From: Acidobacteriota bacterium
Lineage (GTDB): Bacteria > Acidobacteriota > Thermoanaerobaculia > UBA5066 > Gp7-AA6
Length of the DNA stretch: 64,000 nucleotides
Direction: 5' to 3'
NCBI GenBank assembly: GCA_046725935.1
Contig: JBKOZO010000084.1
Coordinates: 13,204-77,203, forward strand
Below the pieces are notes generated by a model that was given only the letters and a program-made list of their open reading frames with translations, was not told the DNA's origin and did not search any database. The translations under genes and the position numbers were made by a program. Shown in pieces: positions 17,104 to 25,131 of this stretch. Position 1 is the stretch's first letter. Every line of letters begins with the position of its first letter.

Positions 17104-17555
17104 CCCGACACCTGGAGGTACGGCGCCTCGTTGCAGCCGTGCGTCTCCGGGTTTCCAAGCTGGTCGCTGCCGATCTCGTTGAAGATCGTCGCGACGACGA
17201 CCGGCTTCAAGTCTTTCAGGTCCCAGTACAGGTCCATCGTGCCGAGGCCGGTCAAGCCCATCGTCGCGACGACGTCCTCGTAGCGCACGCTCCCTCCCGC
17301 GGGAACGTGAAACGGGAGCGAGCGATCCGTCGGCTGCTCGGCCCGGCCGGCGGGGTGGAACACGAGGCGCCCGGCCATCCCGTTGAAGTTCGGGTTGACG
17401 AGCTGGACCGAAGTCTCGAAGTGCGATCCGAAGTCTCCGGCGAGGGAGCCGGCGACCGGGAGATAGCCGGCCAGCCCTTCGGTCGGCTGAGCGATGCCCG
17501 GCCAGGGAGAGACGAGGAGCGCCGCGAGGAAGGCGAGCCGGGTGCGCAAAGCCAT
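17100..17555 (-). CDS. Hypothetical exported protein (151 aa)
   Basis: AGGAGG lies 4 nt before ATG 17555. Signal peptide MALRTRLAFLAALLVSPWPGIAQP. The mature part begins LAGYLPVAGSLAGDFGSHFETSVQLVNP. No family name recalled. Confidence 0.65.
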   Translation of the reverse strand: MALRTRLAFLAALLVSPWPGIAQPTEGLAGYLPVAGSLAGDFGSHFETSVQLVNPNFNGMAGRLVFHPAGRAEQPTDRSLPFHVPAGGSVRYEDVVATMGLTGLGTMDLYWDLKDLKPVVVATIFNEIGSDQLGNPETHGCNEAPYLQVSG

Positions 17556-17585
17556 GCGACCTCCTTCGACGTTTTTAGACCGGTC

Positions 17586-18767
17586 CTAGGACAGCGACTC
17601 GACGACGACGGCGATGCCCTGACCGCCGCCGATGCAGGCTCCGGCCAGGCCGTAGCGCACACCGCGGCGGCGCATCTCCTTCAGGAGCGTCAGCGTGCAG
17701 CGTGTTCCTGTGGCCGCCAGGGGATGGCCGAGCGCGATGGCGCCGCCGTTGACGTTCAAGAGCTCCTGGTCGAGACCGAGCTCGCGGATCACGCCGAGGA
17801 TCTGCCCGGCGAAGGCTTCGTTGATCTCCCAGAGACCGATGTCCTTCTGCGAAAGGCCGGCCCGCGCAATCGCCGCGCGCGCCGCCGGCGCCGGGCCTAG
17901 ACCCATCAGCTCGGGCTCGACACCCACGACCGCCCAGGAGACCAGCCGCCCCAGCGGCTTCTTGCCCCGAGCGGCGTCTTCGGACGCAACGACCACCGCT
18001 GCCGCTCCGTCCACAATGCCCGAGGCATTGCCGGCCGTGACCGAGCCGTCCTTGCCGAAGGAAGGAGGCAGCGCCGCGAGTCCTTCCAGCGTCGAATCCG
18101 GGCGCATGTGATCGTCCTTCTCGATGCGGACGGTCTTTCGCCCCGCCTTGACCTCCACGGGCACGACCTCTTCCGACAGCCGGCATGCCGACCAGGCCGC
18201 GGCCGCCCGCTGCTGCGACGACAACGCATAGGCGTCCTGCTCGGCGCGGGTAATCCCGTACTTCTTGGCGACGCGGTCCGACGTCTGCGCCATGTAGAGG
18301 CCGCAGTAGGAGTCCATCAGCGCGACCATCAGAGAGTCTTCGAGCTGCCCCTGGCCGAGCCTCAAACCCTTTCGCGCGCCCCGGATGACGTGCGGGGCCT
18401 GGGACATGTTTTCCATGCCTCCGGCCAGGACTGTCTTGGCCTCCCCGAGGAGAATCCGCTGCGCTCCCTGCACAATTGACTCGAAGCCGGAGCCGCACAG
18501 GCGGTTGACGGTCAACGCCGGGACCTCCTTCGGCACGCCGGCTTTCAGGGCGACGTGGCGGGCGCCGTAGATCGCGTCGCCCGAGGTCTGGAGGGCATTG
18601 CCGAAGATGACGTGGTCGATGGCGCCGGGCTCGACTCCGCTGCGCGCGAGAGCCTCGCGGGACGCGTGGACCCCGAGGTCGATGGCCGAAACGTCGGAGA
18701 AAGCGCCGTTGTACTCGGTCATCGGAGTCCGGGCGCCTTCCAGAATGAGGATGGGTTGATTCGCCAT
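17586..18767 (-). CDS. Acetyl-CoA C-acetyltransferase (thiolase II)
   Basis: 393 aa. Thiolase signatures NRLCGSGFES, NEAFA, GHPLAATG, CIGGGQG. Confidence 0.95.
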   Translation of the reverse strand: MANQPILILEGARTPMTEYNGAFSDVSAIDLGVHASREALARSGVEPGAIDHVIFGNALQTSGDAIYGARHVALKAGVPKEVPALTVNRLCGSGFESIVQGAQRILLGEAKTVLAGGMENMSQAPHVIRGARKGLRLGQGQLEDSLMVALMDSYCGLYMAQTSDRVAKKYGITRAEQDAYALSSQQRAAAAWSACRLSEEVVPVEVKAGRKTVRIEKDDHMRPDSTLEGLAALPPSFGKDGSVTAGNASGIVDGAAAVVVASEDAARGKKPLGRLVSWAVVGVEPELMGLGPAPAARAAIARAGLSQKDIGLWEINEAFAGQILGVIRELGLDQELLNVNGGAIALGHPLAATGTRCTLTLLKEMRRRGVRYGLAGACIGGGQGIAVVVESLS

Positions 18768-18806
18768 GGAGCCCGGCAGTCTATCGCAATCCTGCGGGAA
18801 TGCGGG

Positions 18807-19853
18807 TCAGCCCAGGCTCTCGTACGCCGCGCGGTGAAAGCGCTGACGCACCTCGTTGAATGGGATCTCCTTGACCTCGGGATGAATGCGGTTGGTCAGG
18901 AGCACGAGAATCCACTCGCGAGCGGGATCGATCCAGAGCGATGTGCCCGTGAAGCCGGTGTGGCCGAAGCTTCCCGCGCTCATCTCGGGGATCGCCGAGC
19001 CCGCGCCGCGCCGGCCCTGCCACGAGAGACCTCGGGCCTCCGGAAGCTCCTCCGTGCGATCGGCGCCGAAGGCGGCGAGCCGCGGCGACAGCCATGGGAG
19101 GGCGAGCCTCCAGACGTCGCGTGCCGTGCCGAAGAGACCGGCGTGCCCCGCGACACCGCCCCGCCGGAAGGCGTTTCCGTCGTGGACCTCTCCGCGCACC
19201 ACGCCGTCTCGAAAGCCCGCGTACGCGAGGCCCCGCGTCGCGACCATCGCGCGCTCGAACCGATCCCCTCTCTCCGTGGCGGCGCAGACTGCCTGCGGAC
19301 CCGGCAGAAATCTCGCGCGGGAGCCGGCGGGCGAAGCGACGGCCTCGAGGAACAGCCGGTCCAGCGGCGCGCCGAGCGCGGTTTCGAGAATCTCGCCCAG
19401 CAGCAGGAAGTTCGGGTCGCCGTAGATCACACGCTTTCCGGGGGCGTCTTCGGGGTCGAGCTGTGCGAGCGCGCGTCGGTACGCGGCCGGGCCTTCTCCT
19501 CGAACGTAGAGCGGAAACCACGCGGGCAGGCCCGAGGTGTGCGTCAGGAGGTGGGCGAGTGTGATTCCGTCGTAACGCGTCCGCTTCCACTCGGGCAGGA
19601 ATCGCCCCGGCGCCGCATCCAGAGGAAGAGCGCCGCCCGATGCCGCGAGGATCGCTCCGGTCGAAAGCGGTTTGGTCAGGCTCGCGAGGTCGAAGAGCGT
19701 GTCCGGAGTGACCGCTTCGGTTCGCGGCTCCACGCTCGCGTTGCCCGCGACCTCCTCGGCCAGGATCTGGTCGCCCCGCGCGACGAGCGCGGAGGCTCCC
19801 GGAAACGAGCCCGCGGCGATTTCCTCCTCGAGGAACCGCACCAGCGGTGTCAC
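18807..19853 (-). CDS. Serine hydrolase of the beta-lactamase / PBP4* (class C-like) family
   Basis: Only the last 349 codons of the 1190-aa track ORF are used. GTG 19853 overlaps the stop of the upstream gene (GTGA). SxxK = SLTK; also YGDPNF and GHTGFTG motifs. Confidence 0.85.
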   Translation of the reverse strand: MTPLVRFLEEEIAAGSFPGASALVARGDQILAEEVAGNASVEPRTEAVTPDTLFDLASLTKPLSTGAILAASGGALPLDAAPGRFLPEWKRTRYDGITLAHLLTHTSGLPAWFPLYVRGEGPAAYRRALAQLDPEDAPGKRVIYGDPNFLLLGEILETALGAPLDRLFLEAVASPAGSRARFLPGPQAVCAATERGDRFERAMVATRGLAYAGFRDGVVRGEVHDGNAFRRGGVAGHAGLFGTARDVWRLALPWLSPRLAAFGADRTEELPEARGLSWQGRRGAGSAIPEMSAGSFGHTGFTGTSLWIDPAREWILVLLTNRIHPEVKEIPFNEVRQRFHRAAYESLG

Positions 19854-20482
19854 GGGCCCGCGGACTCGATCTGCGACCGTCGGGGAGCGATCAGGACCGC
19901 GTTCTGCGCGACCCCGGGCAGGAGAGGCTCCGTGCGCCGGGCCGCCGTGCGTTCGCGCTCGAGAGCCGCGATCTCGGCGTCGAGCCGCGCCGACGTCTTC
20001 GAATCGCGGCTGACACGACGCGCCTCGCGCAGCGCGGCGATCCCCTTCGCATACGAATCGACCGCGGCTTCGCGCACGGCGCGCGCGTCGAGGGCCTGCA
20101 GGGCCTCCGCGATCCGGCTGCGGGTCCACTGCACTTCCGCCGGATCGACGCCGAGCGCCCGGGCCGCCTCCGACTCTCCGCCCGGACCCGCGCCTCGAAG
20201 CTTCAGATAGAGATCCACCTGGGCCGGCGTCAGCCTGCCGTCTTCGGGCGGCTGAAAGCGAGGCTCGACGCTGCTTCGAATCGCCCGCACCGGGTCCAGA
20301 GCCGCGGTCTTCCCGCCGCCGCCACATGCGGCCCCGGCCAAGGCGACGGCCAGCGCGGCCGCGGCTCGTCGAGTGCGGACCGAGACAGTGTACCCAGCAC
20401 AAGCCTCTGCCCGCGAACGGTTTCGGACGATTCCCAGTTCGATTAAACTGAGGTGTTCTCGGGGCGGACCGATGATCGACAA
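19850..20482 (-). CDS. Hypothetical lipoprotein
   Basis: Lipobox LAGAAC preceded by RTRRAAAALAVA. The only canonical start is TTG 20482, which overlaps the divergent kinase start by 11 nt, so the N-terminus is uncertain. Confidence 0.6.
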   Translation of the reverse strand: MSIIGPPREHLSLIELGIVRNRSRAEACAGYTVSVRTRRAAAALAVALAGAACGGGGKTAALDPVRAIRSSVEPRFQPPEDGRLTPAQVDLYLKLRGAGPGGESEAARALGVDPAEVQWTRSRIAEALQALDARAVREAAVDSYAKGIAALREARRVSRDSKTSARLDAEIAALERERTAARRTEPLLPGVAQNAVLIAPRRSQIESAGP

Positions 20483-22313
20483 GATCGGAAAATACGAAGT
20501 CTCCGAGCAAATCGGGGTAGGCGGCTTCGGCGCCGTCTACAAGGGCCGGGATCCGTTCATCAAGCGGACCGTCGCGATCAAAACCTGCCAGGTCAACGAC
20601 GAAGAGATCAAGCACCGGTTCTTCCGCGAAGCCGAGCTCGCCGGGAACCTGCACCACCGCAACATCACTACGATCTACGACTTCGGCGTCGAAAACGGCA
20701 TCCCCTACATCGTCCAGGAGTTCCTGACCGGCGAGGACCTCGATAAGAAGATCAAGCGCGGGGAACCGATCGCGGTGGCCCGAAAGATCGAGATCCTCAT
20801 GGCCATCGCCGACGGCCTCGGCTACGCCCACAACGCGTCGATCGTCCACCGCGACGTCAAGCCCGCCAACGTCCGCATCCTCGACGACGGCACGGTGAAG
20901 GTCATGGATTTCGGCATCGCGAAATCCCTCCAGACCGAGTCCAATCTGACGCAGACGGGCATCACGCTCGGCACCTCCGCCTACCTCGCGCCCGAGCAGA
21001 TCCGCGGGGAGGCGATCGACCGGCGGACCGATGTGTTCGCCCTGGGCGTCCTGGCCTACGAGCTGCTCGCCTACCGCAAGCCGTTTCGGGGTGAGCATCT
21101 CTCGACGGTTCTCTACAAGATCCTCAACGAGACGCCCGAGCCGATCGCGGCCGCCGCGCAGGACACGCCTCCGTCGCTCGCCGCGGCGGTGGATCGCGCG
21201 ATGGCGAAGAACGCCGCCGACCGATATCCGACGATGGAGGCGTTCCGCAAGGATCTCCAGGCCGTCTTCCGCGAGCTGACGGGCGCCTCGGGAATGTACC
21301 AAGTCCGCTCCAGCGACTCCGCCACGGTCCGCACGGCCCGCCCCGACGAGGACCTCGAGACGACGCTCGCCACGCCATCGAGCGGTGTGTCGCCGGTACG
21401 CGCGAACATCACGCCCCCCTCCGGCGCGCTCGCGCGGGTGCCGGCGTCCGACAAGACACCGGTCTCCGGATCGATATCCGGCAGCCGACCCGCGCTCGAG
21501 CTCGTGAACTTTCGCGACCCGTCGGCCGCCGAAATACCCGCTGAGGATCAGCCGACTCGGCGCACCAGTGATACGGAGGCCGCGACGGGCGTCGGCAAGA
21601 CGCGCATCGCGATCTTCGGAGGGATCCTGGCGGTTCTGGCCGCCGCCGCAGGCGCCTATCTGCTGATGCAGCGGCGTTCGGAGCCCGCGAAGCCCCTCCC
21701 CGCGCCCCCGCCCGCCGCGGTCGTTCCCACGCCGGCGATCGAGTTCCCGGAGCCCAGGCTCGGAAGCGGCGAGCCCGCTGCCCCGACCGCCGCTCCGGCC
21801 GTGGCCGAGGCCGTGCCCACGGCGCCGCCGGCGCCGGCCGTCGTTCCCACGGAGATCCCGGCGCCGAAGAAGGTCAAGGTCCAGTTCTCCTCCGTTCCCA
21901 TCGCGACGCTGTCGGTCGACGGAAAGACGATCGGCCCGTCGATCCCGGCGCGCACGATCACGCTCGACGAAGGCGAGCATACGGTGCGCTTCGAGGCCAA
22001 GGACTTCCCGCCCCACGAGCGAAAGTTCAAGGTCCAGGCCGGAGCCGAAAACCGGATCCACTACCAGTTCCCGGTGTCGATGCTGGTGATCGAGGCGCCG
22101 GGCTGGGCCGGAGCGCGCGTGCTCGTGGACGGCAAGTACAAGGGCTCTCTCCCCGACGCCGCCCGCCTGAAGCTTCCGCCCGGCGATTACAGCGTCACGC
22201 TCTCCCGCGAGGGCTCCAATCCCGTGACCGAGAAGATCACGGTGCCCGAGGGCGCGCCGAAGACCTGGAATGCGCCGCCTCCCTCGCGGGCGGCCTCCGG
22301 AGGTGCATCCTGA
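20472..22313 (+). CDS. Hanks-type Ser/Thr protein kinase with TM helix and PEGA-like extracytoplasmic repeats
   Basis: ATG 20472 (MIDKIGKYEV). Kinase motifs GVGGFGAVYKG, VAIK, HRDVKPANV, DFGIAK, YLAPE. TM segment IFGGILAVLAAAAGAYLLM. C-terminal VQFSSVPIATLSVDGK and ARVLVDGKYKGSLP look PEGA-like. Confidence 0.9.
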   Translation: MIDKIGKYEVSEQIGVGGFGAVYKGRDPFIKRTVAIKTCQVNDEEIKHRFFREAELAGNLHHRNITTIYDFGVENGIPYIVQEFLTGEDLDKKIKRGEPIAVARKIEILMAIADGLGYAHNASIVHRDVKPANVRILDDGTVKVMDFGIAKSLQTESNLTQTGITLGTSAYLAPEQIRGEAIDRRTDVFALGVLAYELLAYRKPFRGEHLSTVLYKILNETPEPIAAAAQDTPPSLAAAVDRAMAKNAADRYPTMEAFRKDLQAVFRELTGASGMYQVRSSDSATVRTARPDEDLETTLATPSSGVSPVRANITPPSGALARVPASDKTPVSGSISGSRPALELVNFRDPSAAEIPAEDQPTRRTSDTEAATGVGKTRIAIFGGILAVLAAAAGAYLLMQRRSEPAKPLPAPPPAAVVPTPAIEFPEPRLGSGEPAAPTAAPAVAEAVPTAPPAPAVVPTEIPAPKKVKVQFSSVPIATLSVDGKTIGPSIPARTITLDEGEHTVRFEAKDFPPHERKFKVQAGAENRIHYQFPVSMLVIEAPGWAGARVLVDGKYKGSLPDAARLKLPPGDYSVTLSREGSNPVTEKITVPEGAPKTWNAPPPSRAASGGAS

Positions 22314-23935
22314 AACGCGTTTTTGTCTTCGCCCTGGGCCTGGTTCTGATCGCCGCCGCCCTTCCCGCACAGGACACATCGAAGCTCGAAGCCGACGCCA
22401 AGAAGGCGTTCGACTCGGGCCGCTTCAAGGAGGCCGGAGAGAAGTACGCGAAAGCGGCCGAGACGGCGGGCCTGACTCCCGATCGTCAGGCAGACCTGCA
22501 CCTGCAGAGCGCGTGGTCGTACTACATCGCCGGCAGCTCCAAGAGCGCGCGCGAGCAGCTCAAGTCGGCTCTGACGGCGCGGCCCGACCTCCAGGTCATC
22601 CCCGACTTCTACAGCCCCGACTTCGCGAACCTCGCCGGCGCCGTCCGCGCCGAAGTCGCCGGCGCCAACGTGCCCCCGATCGACGTCGAGGAGCTCAAAC
22701 GTTCGGCCCGCGCCAAGCTCGGCGACGGGAAGGCCGAGGAGGCGCTCTACGACCTCAAGCGCGCGGGCAACGTCAACGACCCCGAGGTCTTCCGCCTGCT
22801 GGTGGAAGTCAACGAGCGCCTGGGGCGTACCGCCGACGCCGAAGCCGCGCGCAAACGCGCCGCCGACATCGAGAAGGGATCGGTCAGCTCGACGCCGATC
22901 GGCGCCGCGCCCCTGGAGATCGGAGGCGCCGCCGCGGCTCCCGCGGCGGCCGTCGGGCCGCTGATCGAGGAAGCCGAGTCGGCGCTGGCCAAGGGCGACT
23001 TCCGCACCGCCGGCGCGCTCGCGCGCCAGGCCTCCGAGGCCGATCCCCGCAATGCCGAGGCGCACCGCATCGCGGGCGACGCGGCGCTGGCGGGAGGTCA
23101 GGACGTCGATGCCGAGCGCGAGTACACCGCCGCCGTCGCCCTCGACTCCGGCAATCCCCGGGCGGAGCTCGGCCTCGGAATCGTGGCCGAAGCCCAGCGG
23201 AAGTGGAACACGGCGGCCAGCCACTATCGCCGCGCACTGGAGCTCAACCCCAAGAGCGTCGCCGCCGCGCGGGGGCTCGGCCGCTCCATGCTCGAGCTCG
23301 GCGACAAGAGCGCGGCCCGGATCGCTTTCGGACGGGCGATCGAGATCGACGCCACCTCCGCCGAAGCTCGCAACGACTTCGGCGTGTTCCTCTACCGCTC
23401 CGACGAGCTCGACCGCGCCCAGGAGGAGCTGATCGAGGCCGTCCGCTTGGATCCCAGCCGCGCGGTGTTCCACGAGAACCTGGGACGCGTCTTCCGGAAG
23501 AAGTCGATGTGGAAGGAGGCCGAGCGCGAGCTCTCCGAGGCCGCGCGCCTCGACGGCAAGGACGCGTCGGTCTGGACCGCACTGGGCCAGGTGCGGGTCC
23601 AAGAGAAGAAGCTCGACGACGCCGTCGCCGCGTTCACGACGGCCCTGAGCCTGGACCCGTTGAGCGAGGAAGCCGCGACCGCTCTCTCCGCCGCCCTCGC
23701 CGCGCAGGGCAAGCTCGCGGAGGCCGAAGCCGCGCTGTCCAAGGCCATCGAGAACAACGCCAAGTCCCCGGCGCTCTGGAACGACCTGGGCGTCGTCCGC
23801 GTGCGCCGTGCGAACTACCCCGGGGCGATGGAGGCCTTCCAGAAGGCGCTGGGCCTCGACGTCAACTTCGAGCCGGCGAAGGCGAACCTCGCTCGCGCCG
23901 GGGAGATCGCCTCACTGGAGAAGGCCGCGTCCTGA
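22310..23935 (+). CDS. Exported TPR-repeat protein (start probably non-canonical CTG 22310; first canonical start GTG 22670)
   Basis: Many TPR units, for example AEAHRIAGDAALAGGQDVDAEREYTAAVALDSGNPRA. The frame is open and GC3-rich from 22310 and encodes the signal peptide KRVFVFALGLVLIAAALPAQD. There is no ATG/GTG/TTG before 22670. Confidence 0.75.
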   Translation: MKRVFVFALGLVLIAAALPAQDTSKLEADAKKAFDSGRFKEAGEKYAKAAETAGLTPDRQADLHLQSAWSYYIAGSSKSAREQLKSALTARPDLQVIPDFYSPDFANLAGAVRAEVAGANVPPIDVEELKRSARAKLGDGKAEEALYDLKRAGNVNDPEVFRLLVEVNERLGRTADAEAARKRAADIEKGSVSSTPIGAAPLEIGGAAAAPAAAVGPLIEEAESALAKGDFRTAGALARQASEADPRNAEAHRIAGDAALAGGQDVDAEREYTAAVALDSGNPRAELGLGIVAEAQRKWNTAASHYRRALELNPKSVAAARGLGRSMLELGDKSAARIAFGRAIEIDATSAEARNDFGVFLYRSDELDRAQEELIEAVRLDPSRAVFHENLGRVFRKKSMWKEAERELSEAARLDGKDASVWTALGQVRVQEKKLDDAVAAFTTALSLDPLSEEAATALSAALAAQGKLAEAEAALSKAIENNAKSPALWNDLGVVRVRRANYPGAMEAFQKALGLDVNFEPAKANLARAGEIASLEKAAS

Positions 23936-23952
23936 CCGCGGCGCGGACTCCG

Positions 23953-24825
23953 GTGTCGGCCTCGCTCCTCCTTCTCTCGGCCATGCTCATGACGCCTCCC
24001 GCCGATGCCGCCTACGTCGATCAGATCGCGGCGTGGAGGGCGGCCCGCGTCGCCCGGCTCACCGCGGAAGACGGGTGGCTCTCGGTGATCGGCCTCTGGT
24101 GGCTGGATCCCGGCGACAACTCCGTGGGCGGCGCCGCCGGGAGTCGCGTCGCGCTTCCTTCGGACCAGGCGCCCGGGGAGCTCGGCACGATCGTCTTGTC
24201 CGACGGTGCGCTGTCATTTCGAGCCCGCCCGGGGGTCGCCGTCGCGGCGGACGGGCGCCCCGTGACGACGACTCCGCTTCGCTCCGACACCGACGGCGAT
24301 CCGACCATCCTTTCCTACGGCTCGTTGCGGTTCTACGTCATCGAACGCGGAGGGCGCTTCGCGGTCCGGGTCAAGGACTCCTCCAGCGAGGCGCGCCGCT
24401 CCTTCCGAGGCATCCCGTACTTCCCGACGAACCCGGCGTGGCGCGTCGAGGCGCGCTTCGAGCCCTACGATCCACCCAAGTCCATCCCGGTTCCCAACGT
24501 GCTCGGCCACGTCGACACGGAGACGTCTCCCGGGGCGCTCGTCTTCGTCCACGACGGCAAGACCTACCGCCTCGATCCCGTGCTCGAGCGCGGCGAGACC
24601 GAATACTTCGTGATCTTCGGGGACCGGACCAACGGCACCGACACGTACGGCGCGGGGCGCTTCCTCTACGTCGCGCCGCCCGTCGACAGCAGGACTTTCA
24701 TCGACTTCAACAAGGCCTACAACCCGCCGTGCGTGTTCACGGCGTACGCCACTTGCCCGCTTCCCCCGCCCCAGAACAAGCTTCCTTTCCGCGTGGAGGC
24801 GGGCGAAAAGGAATACGCCCACTAA
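23953..24825 (+). CDS. DUF1684 family protein, exported
   Basis: GTG 23953 (alternative CTG 23932 overlapping the TPR stop). DUF1684 motifs YFPTNPAWRVEARFEPY, GTDTYGAGRFLYV, DFNKAYNPPCVFTAYATCPLPPPQNKLPFRVEAGEK. Confidence 0.85.
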   Translation: MSASLLLLSAMLMTPPADAAYVDQIAAWRAARVARLTAEDGWLSVIGLWWLDPGDNSVGGAAGSRVALPSDQAPGELGTIVLSDGALSFRARPGVAVAADGRPVTTTPLRSDTDGDPTILSYGSLRFYVIERGGRFAVRVKDSSSEARRSFRGIPYFPTNPAWRVEARFEPYDPPKSIPVPNVLGHVDTETSPGALVFVHDGKTYRLDPVLERGETEYFVIFGDRTNGTDTYGAGRFLYVAPPVDSRTFIDFNKAYNPPCVFTAYATCPLPPPQNKLPFRVEAGEKEYAH

Positions 24826-24846
24826 GGCCGTCGCCTTCGCTCGTTC

Positions 24847-24973
24847 GGAGACCTGCCCTACGGGCACCGGGCCGCGGCTCGTCCGGAGCCGTCCACCAAA
24901 GGCAGACCGCCAGCAGTAGGCAACGCCGGCCGAAGGCCGGCGTTATCCGGACTCGACCGCGGCCCTGGTCTCC
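24847..24973. other. Nested inverted repeats / candidate structured RNA in a convergent intergenic gap
   Basis: Hand-paired stems. GGAGA(24847-51)/TCTCC(24969-73). TGCCC-TAC-GGGCA (24854-66). CCGGGCCGCGG(24867-77)/CCGCGGCCCTGG(24957-68, one bulge). GTCCGGA(24881-87)/TCCGGAC(24946-52). AACGCCGGCC-GAA-GGCCGGCGTT (24922-44). Confidence 0.4.
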
Positions 24974-24991
24974 TCACAGCGCTACGGCTCC

Positions 24992-25042
24992 CGCGGCGCG
25001 AACCTCCTCCCTCCCTTCGGTCGGGAGACTATTCGCGCCGCG
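24992..25042. other. Second strong hairpin in the same gap
   Basis: Perfect 11-bp stem CGCGGCGCGAA (24992-25002) / TTCGCGCCGCG (25032-42), enclosing an inner CTCCC-TTCGGTC-GGGAG hairpin. Confidence 0.4.
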
Positions 25043-25131
25043 AACGACAGGGATGCAGCCTCTTCCGCACGGAGACTCCGCAGCGCCGCGACCGGATTCG
25101 AGGCGGATGGATTGCGCCGAAAGGCTCTTAG

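Noticed and set aside
22295-22315. Programmed -1 frameshift fusing the kinase to the TPR protein.
   Set aside because: The downstream frame begins with a typical cleavable signal peptide rather than a linker. No slippery heptamer (X XXY YYZ) is visible before the TGA. An independent, CTG-initiated exported protein is the simpler reading.
19854-22379. Upstream 840 codons of the 1190-aa minus ORF 18807..22379.
   Set aside because: This region is antisense to the Ser/Thr kinase and out of frame with the lipoprotein gene, with Arg/Gly-rich composition. Only the last 349 codons (the serine hydrolase, starting at GTG 19853) have protein-like sequence and motifs.
24847-24973. Possible small SRP (4.5S) RNA or tRNA in the 306-nt gap.
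   Set aside because: There is a superficial similarity (GTCCGGA...CCAAAGGCAGA) to the E. coli 4.5S RNA. However, the conserved GGAAGCAGCC/GNRA-tetraloop helix-8 core is absent and the fold is not a single long hairpin. No tRNA T-loop (GGTTCGAATCC-like) or D-arm consensus was found on either strand.
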